Part shown: piece by piece, positions 44,653 through 54,100 of the stretch
How the letters are laid out: each line of letters opens with the position of its first letter
How positions within the stretch are numbered: position 1 is the stretch's first letter
Source: Eubacteriales bacterium
Lineage (GTDB): Bacteria; Bacillota; Clostridia; Oscillospirales; CAG-272
Direction: 5' to 3'
Assembly: GCA_045653105.1 (NCBI GenBank)
Contig: JAZOLL010000030.1
Span: 536 to 64,535, forward strand
DNA: 64,000 nt
Notes under the pieces: model-generated
Databases searched by the model: none
Told to the model about the DNA's origin: nothing
The model's input: only the letters and a program-made list of their open reading frames with translations
Translations under genes and position numbers: made by a program

Positions 44653-46773
44653 TTATGTATTTGCGGGCGCGTCGTTAAAATCGAAGACGCATCTTCCGTC
44701 TTCGAGCTTAAGGGCGGCATCAAAGCTCGTACCCTTTTTCGAAACGAAGCCCTTTATTTTAGCGGTATGGCCCTCACTCAGCAAAAGCTTTGCGTTTGCC
44801 ACAGAGACCGCTCTTTTACAGATATAAGCATTTATCGAGAACTTACAGCCGCTCTTATACGCGCTGCATCCGTAGGAATATCTCGTTCTGACCACGTCAG
44901 CTCCGCAAAGCGGACACTTGCCCACCACGTCACCGAAAAATCCCGTATCGGTATCCTCGTCGGGTGCTACCGAGCGCACCTCAAAGCACCTAGCTATCTC
45001 GACCTTTGCAAGATCCACCGCATCTCCTATCGCACTCTCTCCGCGGTAGACTTTTTTGAGAGCCTTGCCCATCTCAGAGGTCTTGAACTTGTCCATCACG
45101 ATCTGCATCCTCTCGAGAGATTCTATTAAAAACTCTCCGTCGGGGAGTATCGTGTAAACGTCCTTTTTGAGATTTATATAGTTGCTCTTTCTGGCGTTAT
45201 CGATAATTCCCGTTCTCGTCGCCTCGGTGCCGAGCTCGACACCCTCGAACATCGCGCGGTATTCCGCCGCGTCGTCAGCGCCGACGCTGTCGTCTATCGC
45301 TGCCTTTTCGTCTCTGAACGGATTTTTCAGATAGTTATTCAGCGTTTCTATCGTGTAGTGCTTTGGCGGTGTGGTCTCCTTTTCCGTCGGCTTGAAAAGA
45401 ATGTTGACCTTATCCCCCTTTGCAAGCTGCGGGAGTATCTTGTCCTTTTGCGTGCTGTCATCATATTTTGTCCAGCCGCGCTCAAGTATAGTCAGTCCCT
45501 TGAGGGTAAAGTCCTCAAGCTCGCCCACACTCACCGTCATCTCAACTCGCCTTGCCACACAGTCCTCCGCACAAAAGACCGCAACAAAGCGTCTGATAAC
45601 GGTGGAATACACCTGCATCTGCTTCTCTGTGAGCCTGTTCTTGTCGGGTATCTTGTAGGTCGGGGTGATAGCCGAGTGCGACTCTATCTTTGAGTCGTCG
45701 AATATCGTCTTTTTATCCTTAAAGACCACGGGATATCCCATATTCTTGCATATCCCGATTATCTTCTTTATCTTGTCCTTTTCCGCCGTGGCGAGATACT
45801 CCGAGTTTGTTCGGGGATAGGTCAGATATCCCTCCTCATAAAGCTTCTGGATTATCTCAAGGCTCTCTGCCATCGACATCTTGTATTTCTTTCCGAGCAC
45901 GTTCTGAAGTTTGGAGAGCGAATAGAGCTTGCCGGGGGATATAACGTCCTTTTTGCTCTTTACGTCCTTGACGTAAGCCTGGCACGCGTTATACTCCGCG
46001 CAGGTCTTTTGCGCCTTTGAAAGCTCGTTTGCGGAAAACTTTTGCTTTGAATTAAGCTCTACCTTGTAGCCATTCGTCATCTCCGCGCTGCCGATAGAAT
46101 AATATTTCTCAGGTACAAAATTCCTTATCGCCATATCTCTGTCGTATATCGCCTTGACGATAGGCACGATAACTCTTCCCACTCTGAGAAGCGTTCCCGT
46201 CTTGAGGGTGGCAAATCTCGTAAGATTCACCCCGTAAAGCCAGTCTATATATGTCCTCGCAAATCCCTCGTTTGCGAGATTGTCATACTCTCTGTCCTCC
46301 TTCATGTCAAGGAGTGCCGCCGCCACCGTTTGCGGTGTCTGGTCGGGAAGCCAGAGCCTTTTTATCGTTTTTTCGGAATGAAGCGCGTTGGCGATACATA
46401 GACGGACTATGATCTCTCCCTCTCTGTCAGCATCCCCCGCGTTTACTATCGTATCAACGTCCTCGCGGTTACAAAGGGTTTCAAGCGTTTTGAACTGCTT
46501 GTATACTCCGCTGTCCACACCCTTTGAGGAGTCGCGTCTGAGCTCAAACTTGAACTCTTCGGGAAAGCAAGGAAGATCCTCCATAGACCACCTCACCCTC
46601 TCTCGCTTTACCGCACTGTACGCCTCTACATCGGCAAGAGAAAAAAGGTGACCGAACGCCCAGGAAATTATATAGCCCGAGCCCTCAAGATAGCCATCAC
46701 GACGAGTCATCGGTCCGATTCCTGCCGCAATGTTTCTGCCAAGGCTTGGCTTTTCCGCTATTATAAGAATCAT
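44653..46773 (-). CDS. topB: DNA topoisomerase III
   Basis: Start ATG 46773 after GGAGG (MILIIAEKPS, TOPRIM). Catalytic region GYLTYPRTNSEY. C-terminal Cys4 zinc ribbons (CPLCG...CSAYKSGC). Confidence 0.92.
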   Translation of the reverse strand: MILIIAEKPSLGRNIAAGIGPMTRRDGYLEGSGYIISWAFGHLFSLADVEAYSAVKRERVRWSMEDLPCFPEEFKFELRRDSSKGVDSGVYKQFKTLETLCNREDVDTIVNAGDADREGEIIVRLCIANALHSEKTIKRLWLPDQTPQTVAAALLDMKEDREYDNLANEGFARTYIDWLYGVNLTRFATLKTGTLLRVGRVIVPIVKAIYDRDMAIRNFVPEKYYSIGSAEMTNGYKVELNSKQKFSANELSKAQKTCAEYNACQAYVKDVKSKKDVISPGKLYSLSKLQNVLGKKYKMSMAESLEIIQKLYEEGYLTYPRTNSEYLATAEKDKIKKIIGICKNMGYPVVFKDKKTIFDDSKIESHSAITPTYKIPDKNRLTEKQMQVYSTVIRRFVAVFCAEDCVARRVEMTVSVGELEDFTLKGLTILERGWTKYDDSTQKDKILPQLAKGDKVNILFKPTEKETTPPKHYTIETLNNYLKNPFRDEKAAIDDSVGADDAAEYRAMFEGVELGTEATRTGIIDNARKSNYINLKKDVYTILPDGEFLIESLERMQIVMDKFKTSEMGKALKKVYRGESAIGDAVDLAKVEIARCFEVRSVAPDEDTDTGFFGDVVGKCPLCGADVVRTRYSYGCSAYKSGCKFSINAYICKRAVSVANAKLLLSEGHTAKIKGFVSKKGTSFDAALKLEDGRCVFDFNDAPANT

Positions 46774-46853
46774 TTTTCCTCCTGTCAAATAAAATAAGCA
46801 AAATAAAATTAAACGGGCAGCTTCCAAAGAAACTGCCCGTTAGTTATTTTAGA

Positions 46854-47261
46854 TCAAAGATATTTCTTTACTGTGTCTGACGCTTTCTCTGTGGGCATAG
46901 AAGCGGTTGTCACTATGTTTACACCGATCTTTTCGGAGATGCTTGCAACCTCGTCAAGGAACTTGTCGAACTCAGCGTAGTTATCATTGCAGATCTTGAG
47001 AGAAGAATCTATAAAGAGATCTGTAACGTCGTGATTGCTCGCAAGGATTCCTGCTACGAAGCCGTAGAGGGACTGTGCGTCGTCAACAAAATATTCATTT
47101 GTATCGATGAGTCTTGCTGTGTACTTTATGTCGTAACGAAGCTTAACTCCCTTTTCTATACAAACAACATCGCCCTGAGACTTCTCAGACGCCTCGTTTA
47201 CGAGAGCGATGAGTGCTTTGGTTTTACCTGTTCCTTTAACACCGATAATTACTTTTAACAT
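46854..47261 (-). CDS. Small P-loop NTPase of unknown function (135 aa)
   Basis: Walker A GVKGTGKT at residues 7-14. Candidate Walker B hhhhD (DLFID). RBS GGAGG upstream. No other domain. Confidence 0.7.
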   Translation of the reverse strand: MLKVIIGVKGTGKTKALIALVNEASEKSQGDVVCIEKGVKLRYDIKYTARLIDTNEYFVDDAQSLYGFVAGILASNHDVTDLFIDSSLKICNDNYAEFDKFLDEVASISEKIGVNIVTTASMPTEKASDTVKKYL

Positions 47262-47369
47262 TCGGAACCTCCAACAATATTTTTAGAACAAATAATATGT
47301 TCATTTCCATTATAACCTATATGGAAACTTTTTTCAATAGTAAATTTTACTTTTTTCAAATTATTTTTA

Positions 47370-48710
47370 TCAGCCGAGTCTTGCCTCAAGCTCTGCCTTC
47401 TGATCCTCATATCCGGGCTTACCGAGGAGAGCGAACATATTCTTCTTATAACCCTCAACACCGGGCTGATTGAAGGGATTTACACCGAGAACATATCCGG
47501 AAACACCGCAAGCGAACTCGAAGAAGTAGAGGAGATATCCAAGGCAGTACTCGTCACGTCTGTCTATCTCAAGGAGAAGGTTGGGCGTGCCGCCGTCGAT
47601 GTGCGCGAGGATAGTTCCCTTCATCGCGGTCTTGTTTACCTCATCAAGCTCAACACCGGAGAGGAAGTTGAGTCCGTCAACGTTTGCCTCGTCATAGGGG
47701 ATCGGGAACTTGCTCTCGTTTGCCTTTACGGATATAACTGTCTCAAAGAGATTTCTTGTTCCGTCCTGAATGAACTGACCGAGGGAGTGGAGGTCTGTGG
47801 AGAAGATAACCGAAGCTGTAAAGATTCCCTTCTTATCCTTACCCTCACTCTCACCGTAGAGCTGCTTCCACCACTCGTTGAGCATTGCGGAATAGGGCTC
47901 GTAACCAACGAGGATCTCTGTGCCCTTGCCTGCTCTGTACATAAGGTTTCTGTATGCAACGTATCTCATACAGTCGCTCTCTTCGATCTTATCTGTTGCC
48001 TTGTAAGCCGCAGCCGCGTCAGATGCGCCCTTCATAAGCTGGTCTATGTCTATTCCGGCAACCGCGATAGGAAGGAGTCCTACTGCAGTGAGAACCGAGA
48101 AACGTCCGCCAACGTTGTCCGGAACGACGAATGTCTCATAGCCCGCGTCGTCGGAGAACTTCTTGAGAGTGCCTCTTGCCTTGTCAGTGGTAACGAAGAT
48201 TCTCTCCCTTGCACCCTCAACTCCGTATTTCTCCTCAAGGAGAGCTCTGAATACTCTGAACGCGATAGCGGGCTCTGTTGTAGTACCCGACTTGGAAATA
48301 ACGTTGATACAAACGTCACGTCCCTCGCATATCTGCTGAAGCTCGTTAAGATAGCTGGGGCTTATGTTACAACCCGCGAAATAGATGTCGGGTGTATCCT
48401 TCTTGAGATTATTGTACATAGGGGACTTGAGGAACTCAACGACCGCGCGAGCTCCGAGATAGGATCCGCCTATACCGATAACTATAAATACGTCGCAGCT
48501 CTTTTTAACCTTTTCTGCCGCAACCTTTATTCTGGCAAATTCTTCTTTGTCGTAATTGTTCGGGAGATCGACCCAACCCAAAAAATCACTACCCTCACCG
48601 CTACCCTCAAGGAGAGTCTTGTGAGCCTTTGAAACCTCATTCTGAATAGCAGAAAGCTCTGCTTCGGATACGAACTGCTTAATGTACTTGTCGTTAAGTG
48701 TCAATGCCAT
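47370..48710 (-). CDS. pgi: Glucose-6-phosphate isomerase
   Basis: 446 aa Gram-positive-type PGI ([31 protein letters not shown]). Confidence 0.95.
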   Translation of the reverse strand: MALTLNDKYIKQFVSEAELSAIQNEVSKAHKTLLEGSGEGSDFLGWVDLPNNYDKEEFARIKVAAEKVKKSCDVFIVIGIGGSYLGARAVVEFLKSPMYNNLKKDTPDIYFAGCNISPSYLNELQQICEGRDVCINVISKSGTTTEPAIAFRVFRALLEEKYGVEGARERIFVTTDKARGTLKKFSDDAGYETFVVPDNVGGRFSVLTAVGLLPIAVAGIDIDQLMKGASDAAAAYKATDKIEESDCMRYVAYRNLMYRAGKGTEILVGYEPYSAMLNEWWKQLYGESEGKDKKGIFTASVIFSTDLHSLGQFIQDGTRNLFETVISVKANESKFPIPYDEANVDGLNFLSGVELDEVNKTAMKGTILAHIDGGTPNLLLEIDRRDEYCLGYLLYFFEFACGVSGYVLGVNPFNQPGVEGYKKNMFALLGKPGYEDQKAELEARLG

Positions 48711-48840
48711 TTTTTCTACCGCCTTTTTGTTTTATTACTCTCACGCCTAAAATTTGCGAGCGAGCATTCGATCTAATTTGATTATACACTATGCTCTGTT
48801 AAAAATCAAGAGCCGCAAAAGATTTTCTATCGTTTTTATA

Positions 48841-50004
48841 TCATTTAAGACACACTTTTGCGATCATTCGCGCAAAAATCCCCCAAAAGTTTATCTTCTC
48901 CACACCTTGCGAGGCAAAAATATCTACCGATCCTACCTCTCGCTCGCCTATCTTATACACCACGCGACCTATCTTATCCCCCGCTCTGACAGGTGCTTTG
49001 AGCGTGTTTTGGTACTCGCTTGTGGCGGATACCCCTTTCATCTCGGATTTTTTGAGCACGCAGGAAAACGCACCGAACTGCGCGGGGCAATTCCGCTCTA
49101 CGCCTCCCTTTACCGATATGTCGGAGAGAGTTCCCCCCTCTGCCCTGTAAACACCGTAATTTGCAAATCCAAAATCGAGCAGTGCCGTTGCCGCCGCGTT
49201 TCGTATATCCCTCGTGGGTGCCGCCATTATCACCGCGATAAGAGTCATGCCATCTCGCTCAGCGGTAGCCGTTATACAGAATTTCGCCTTTGCGGTAGAG
49301 CCTGTTTTAAGTCCCGTCGCACCTCTGTAAAATCTGACGAGTCTGTTTGTGTTGGTAAGACCGAAAGCACCGTCTCTTATCGTGTCCATCCAAATCGATG
49401 AATACTCGGTTATCTTTTTGTGTTTTATCAGCTCGCGCGACATTATGGCGATATCTCTCGCCGAGGTCACGTGATTCTGTACTGTGTCATCAAGACCGTT
49501 TGTGTTCTCAAAGTGGGTGGCGGTAAGACCGAGAGAGGCGGCTTTTTCGTTCATCATAGCCACAAAGCTCTCCTCACTACCCGCGATATGCTCCGCAAGG
49601 GCGAGAGCCGCGTCGTTTGCGGAGGCTATCACAACGCTCTTGATAAGATCCTCCACGCACATCTCTTCTCCAACCTCAAGGAATATCTGTGAGCCGCCCA
49701 TAGATGCGGCGCGCTCGCTGGTGCTTACTCTGTCGGTGTAGGATATACGTCCGTCCTCTATCGCCTCCATCACGAGAAGAAGCGTCATCACCTTGGTAAC
49801 GGACGCGGGCGGGAGCGACTCGTCCGCATTCATCTCATAAAGCACCTCTCCTGTAGATGCCTCCATAAGTATTGCCGAGCGACAGTCAAGCGTGCCTGAA
49901 AACTCCCCCTTTATCACGGGCTCGGCGCTGACACCGACAGCACAGAGAGAAAAAACAAGCGCAAAACTCAAAAATATCGCCGAAAGCTTTTTTATTATCT
50001 TCAT
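48841..50004 (-). CDS. D-alanyl-D-alanine carboxypeptidase (serine-type, PBP5 family)
   Basis: Signal peptide, SVTK (SxxK) motif and KTGST (KTG) motif, plus the C-terminal beta-sandwich domain. Confidence 0.9.
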   Translation of the reverse strand: MKIIKKLSAIFLSFALVFSLCAVGVSAEPVIKGEFSGTLDCRSAILMEASTGEVLYEMNADESLPPASVTKVMTLLLVMEAIEDGRISYTDRVSTSERAASMGGSQIFLEVGEEMCVEDLIKSVVIASANDAALALAEHIAGSEESFVAMMNEKAASLGLTATHFENTNGLDDTVQNHVTSARDIAIMSRELIKHKKITEYSSIWMDTIRDGAFGLTNTNRLVRFYRGATGLKTGSTAKAKFCITATAERDGMTLIAVIMAAPTRDIRNAAATALLDFGFANYGVYRAEGGTLSDISVKGGVERNCPAQFGAFSCVLKKSEMKGVSATSEYQNTLKAPVRAGDKIGRVVYKIGEREVGSVDIFASQGVEKINFWGIFARMIAKVCLK

Positions 50005-50079
50005 AATTCATCACCTCGACACATTATATGAAAAAAGCGAGCAAAATATAACGCCCGACCGCGTGGGTCGGGCGTTAAG

Positions 50080-50640
50080 TCACACAAATATTTTTTGGTA
50101 TTGCTTACCCTTCAGCGCGCAGTCGAGCGTCGGTGTGAGCAGGGTAAAATCCGCGATAAGTGAGTGCGGCTTGCGCTCGGGATCGTCCTGAAACAGCGGC
50201 ACGAAATAGACGAACTTGCGTGAGAGCAAAGTTGCTATATTTTTCAGATTTGCCGAGAGCGCGTCGTTTGAGGCAAGCGCGATGACCAACGGACGGTTTC
50301 CGCGAAGATGCGCCTTTGCCGCCATACAGACTGCGGTGTCTGTTATTCCCGCCGCCATCTTTGCCAGAGTATTTCCCGTGCAGGGCGCAATGATAAGTGC
50401 CTCAAGCTCGATCTTAGGACCGAGCGGCTCGGCATCAACTATGCTGTGAACGACTCGCCGACCGCACAAAAGCTCAAGCTTTTGGCAAAGATCAGTCGCT
50501 CTTCCGAATCTCGTGTCGGTGCTATATACGTTCTCACTCACTATCGGGAGTATCTGGTGCCCTGACCTGAGCAGCTTTTCAAGCTCTGATAGTGATGCCG
50601 CGTGAGTACAGTAAGAGCCACAAAACGCATATCCTATCAT
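50080..50640 (-). CDS. dpaB: Dipicolinate synthase subunit B
   Basis: Start ATG 50640 (MIGYAFCGSYCTH) with ATGA overlap onto dpaA. Flavoprotein-like SpoVFB family. Confidence 0.88.
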   Translation of the reverse strand: MIGYAFCGSYCTHAASLSELEKLLRSGHQILPIVSENVYSTDTRFGRATDLCQKLELLCGRRVVHSIVDAEPLGPKIELEALIIAPCTGNTLAKMAAGITDTAVCMAAKAHLRGNRPLVIALASNDALSANLKNIATLLSRKFVYFVPLFQDDPERKPHSLIADFTLLTPTLDCALKGKQYQKIFV

Positions 50641-51530
50641 GACCGCACCTCCGAGATCATCCGCACAACGCACTCTGCGATTATCTCGCCCGCACTCTGC
50701 GGCGCGTATTTTCCGGGGAGCGAGGTCGCCCAGCTCACGTTAGATCCAAGCTCCTTTGCCGCCCTTATATCAACCCCTCCGGGCGCTGATGCGAGATCCA
50801 CTATAAATGTCTTTTTATCGACAGACGAGAGAAAATCCCTGCCGAATATCCAGTGCGGCACCGTATTGTAGATAACGTCATATCCACTCGCGAGCGCGCG
50901 CCACCACTCCTCGCCCTCACTTATACGTACCGTGTGACACCCAAAGCTCTCGGCAAAGGATAGGTCGCTCTCGCGTCTTGCCGCGATGCACACAGAAGCC
51001 CCCACCGACAAGAGAAGCGAGGCGAGGTGCTTTGATATCCTTCCGAATCCCGTGATAGCTATACGAGATCCGCGTATGTTTTTGGTGAGTGCATTCATCG
51101 CTATGCTGAGGGCCGCCTCAGCAGTGGTGTAAGCGTTCTTCATCTGAAAATCTTCAGAGCAGAAATAGTCACGCACTACCGCACCACGCTCACTAAGTGC
51201 GCGAGAAAAACTCTCGGGAAGCTTTCCGCCAATGACTACAGCACCCTCTCGAATAAGTACCGCCATACCCGAAAGTCTCACCCTCTCACCCGTCTCCGAA
51301 AGAGGAGCGTTCAGCGTCACACCGTCTGCAGATACGGGGAGCGGCAGGATAACCACATCCGACTCCCTGAGTGTCTCGGAAAGATCACTCATCTCGGATA
51401 TCCCCGCAACAGCCTCGGCAGTAGAAAGTCCCCACAATTTTATATTTTCATAGCTCGCGGCAAGCCTACGTGCCACCGCAAGCTGTCTCAGATCTCCTCC
51501 GAGCATAGATATTTTTATATTGTTATTCAT
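50637..51530 (-). CDS. dpaA: Dipicolinate synthase subunit A
   Basis: Start ATG 51530 (MNNNIKISMLGGDLRQ). Rossmann motif ITGFGRISK. SpoVFA family. Confidence 0.88.
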   Translation of the reverse strand: MNNNIKISMLGGDLRQLAVARRLAASYENIKLWGLSTAEAVAGISEMSDLSETLRESDVVILPLPVSADGVTLNAPLSETGERVRLSGMAVLIREGAVVIGGKLPESFSRALSERGAVVRDYFCSEDFQMKNAYTTAEAALSIAMNALTKNIRGSRIAITGFGRISKHLASLLLSVGASVCIAARRESDLSFAESFGCHTVRISEGEEWWRALASGYDVIYNTVPHWIFGRDFLSSVDKKTFIVDLASAPGGVDIRAAKELGSNVSWATSLPGKYAPQSAGEIIAECVVRMISEVRS

Positions 51531-51625
51531 ATAAGGTATCCTTCCTTTACTAAGAGGGAGTCCTTTGCGGACTCCCCCACACAATACCATAATATGAATA
51601 GCTCTATGCTTTTGACAAATGCTCT

Positions 51626-53884
51626 CTACTTAAGAATTATATCTATCCTTGCCTCTCCCCGCTCGTTTGGATAGCACTCCGCATACTCGCCCTCGGCTAT
51701 CCTTACAAAGCGCTTTGCCTCGCGCTCGGCATAAAATACTGATTTCAGCTTTTCTCTGTCCACCGAGAAATGCACAAGCTTTTCCTCTCTATTTCCAAGA
51801 GTGCCGAAGATTATGTAGTCCGAGTGTGAGCAAAACCCATCCGCGCCAAGGCTCTCGTCGACACCTGCACCGATATAGGAAAGCGCCTCCCCCTTTCCCG
51901 CGACAAATACCGCGGTCTTCTCTTTCCCCGAACCGCCGATAAGCACACGCGTGTCAAAGAGAAGCTCCCTTTCGTCACCTTTTTCGTAGATCTGCACCTC
52001 GCAGCCGTGCTCGGCGGCAATGTATGCTAGCTCATACGCTATAGCGTGATCCTCAAGGCTTTGAGGTTTGGGAAGCCAAAGCGTTCTGACGTAAGCTTTT
52101 CCAAAAAAGACATCAAGCGAGGCAATTCCCGCCTCGTGATATTCGGTCATGATGTAGTCACTTATCTCGGTAGCATGTCGCCCTGCAACGATCTTACCCG
52201 CACTCTTTAAAGAAGAATAAGATTCCGAGCTCATATCTATAACCGCCGCGCGATATCTGTCGGTGAGAATTATCATCTCCCCCTCATCGCGAAGCGTATA
52301 AGTCACGGGAAGCTTGTCGGAATAGGTCGCGTTGTGAATTGAAAGACAGATCGCGAATGCCGCCACCGCCACAAACGGCGGCAAAAGAATTAGCTGTTTT
52401 CTCCTCAGATGTATCACAAGCATAACGAAGAGCGCTATGCTCATCAGAGTTATAATTATCCCCGCAAATCGATATCCGAGAGATATGACCGCGCCGTCAA
52501 ATGATGCGAAATAAGAGGATATCCGCTCTGTTACCTCGCAGACAAGATTTAAAAATCCAACCGCTATTTTGCCGAGCAAACCAAGCTTTGCAAATATCAT
52601 ACCCACAAAGACACTCACCAAAAGCACGAGCGAGAGAGGTGTGAGTATCGGGTTCGCGATAAGGCTGATAAGCGACATCTCGCCAAAGGCGAGCCATACG
52701 ACAATAGAGGTAAAGATGCTACACAGGAAATTGAGAAGCAGCGCCAGAGCCGTCGCCTTGAGGCATCTTTTGAGCATCGCCATAGCTCCGCTTTCCTTTT
52801 CTTTTTTGAAATATCTTGATATGGGAGCGTAAACACTTATTATTCCCAGCGTTGCCAAGAACGAGAGCCAAAGTCCTATGTCAGCGACAGATCTCGGTGA
52901 GAAGAGGAGCATCACCGCCACCGCGGAAAAGAGAGCGGTCACAGAGTCGCTCTCCTTTGCGAAAAGGTAGTGCAGATATACAAAAAGTATCATCAGCACG
53001 CTTCGGCAGGCGGACGGTGCAAAGCCTGTCATTCCCAAAAAGACGAGCGCAGAAAGAGAAAGGATAATAGCTCTCGGCTTTTTCCCTATATAAAACGCGC
53101 GAAGTAAAAGCTCGATCATCGTCATAAGCATAGAAATATGAAGTCCGCTCACCGCAAGCAGGTGCGAAACACCCGCGCGCCTGAAATCTCTGATAGTATC
53201 CGCCCTTATTCCCTCGGTATCCCCGAGAAGCACTCCGCGCGCAAGCGCGCCGCTCCTCTCTCCAAAGTTATCCTCAAAATACCTTGCCACACCGAGACGT
53301 ATCTTGGAAAAGAAGCCGTCGATCGAAAAATTTCCCCTTGATATAGCCACACACTCCGCGCCCTCGTAAACAAACAGATCAAGCCCCACTGTGTCGCTAC
53401 TCTCGGATGCATAGAATCTATCACTCTTAAGAACCGATGCGCGAACCGAAAGCATATCTCCGCTTTTGAGGTTGGTTTCGGCATTGAGATAGAGCGTACC
53501 GTCAAAGGAAACTCTGTCATCACCGAGTCTCTTTATCTTCACACGAAACTGCTCGCCCGACGATGCCCTGTCCTCCTCTTCGAGGATAAGCACACGGCAG
53601 GTGTACTCTCCCTCATAAGAGCGAAGCCTCTGCTCTCGCATATCTATCCCGATAAATTGAGTAATAATCCCAAGCATTACAGCAGTTGTACAAAGAGAGA
53701 AAAATATAGCCTTTATTTTTAATCTTTTTGATCTTGCGGCTATGATAAGCGCGCAGATCAAAAGCGGGACAAGCAGAAAGATCAAAAGAAGCTTTACCGA
53801 AGCGGATACTCTGTATAAAATCGTGGCAGAAATTATCAGCGACAAACATATTCCCGCAAGCGGTCTGTTTTTAAAGAGATCCAT
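51626..53884 (-). CDS. comEC: ComEC/Rec2 family DNA internalisation protein (degenerate C-terminal metallo-beta-lactamase-like domain)
   Basis: DUF4131-like N-terminus and competence domain (FRRAGVSHLLAVSGLHISML). The C-terminal domain is present, but the GQGD and HxHxDH positions read DEGE and TEYHEA. Confidence 0.88.
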   Translation of the reverse strand: MDLFKNRPLAGICLSLIISATILYRVSASVKLLLIFLLVPLLICALIIAARSKRLKIKAIFFSLCTTAVMLGIITQFIGIDMREQRLRSYEGEYTCRVLILEEEDRASSGEQFRVKIKRLGDDRVSFDGTLYLNAETNLKSGDMLSVRASVLKSDRFYASESSDTVGLDLFVYEGAECVAISRGNFSIDGFFSKIRLGVARYFEDNFGERSGALARGVLLGDTEGIRADTIRDFRRAGVSHLLAVSGLHISMLMTMIELLLRAFYIGKKPRAIILSLSALVFLGMTGFAPSACRSVLMILFVYLHYLFAKESDSVTALFSAVAVMLLFSPRSVADIGLWLSFLATLGIISVYAPISRYFKKEKESGAMAMLKRCLKATALALLLNFLCSIFTSIVVWLAFGEMSLISLIANPILTPLSLVLLVSVFVGMIFAKLGLLGKIAVGFLNLVCEVTERISSYFASFDGAVISLGYRFAGIIITLMSIALFVMLVIHLRRKQLILLPPFVAVAAFAICLSIHNATYSDKLPVTYTLRDEGEMIILTDRYRAAVIDMSSESYSSLKSAGKIVAGRHATEISDYIMTEYHEAGIASLDVFFGKAYVRTLWLPKPQSLEDHAIAYELAYIAAEHGCEVQIYEKGDERELLFDTRVLIGGSGKEKTAVFVAGKGEALSYIGAGVDESLGADGFCSHSDYIIFGTLGNREEKLVHFSVDREKLKSVFYAEREAKRFVRIAEGEYAECYPNERGEARIDIILK

Positions 53885-54014
53885 TCCTCAAAAGCTCCTT
53901 TCTTCGTTGTTTTTGAATTGGGAAATCATTTTAGCATATCTGTGAAAATATGTCAATATAAGTAGAAATATTACGAAGAAAAGTACCCTAAAAATGCTCT
54001 TTGCAAAAAAATTC

Positions 54015-54043
54015 TTGACAACTCAACAAATATATGTTATAAT
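54015..54043 (+). promoter_or_regulatory. SigA-type promoter of the acyl-ligase/ACP pair
   Basis: TTGACA, 17 nt spacer, TGT-TATAAT. Confidence 0.8.
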
Positions 54044-54100
54044 TGCTTGGTATGCTAAGAAGTTTTCAAAACATCTTCAATAAAAAAGAGGTATGTATTT

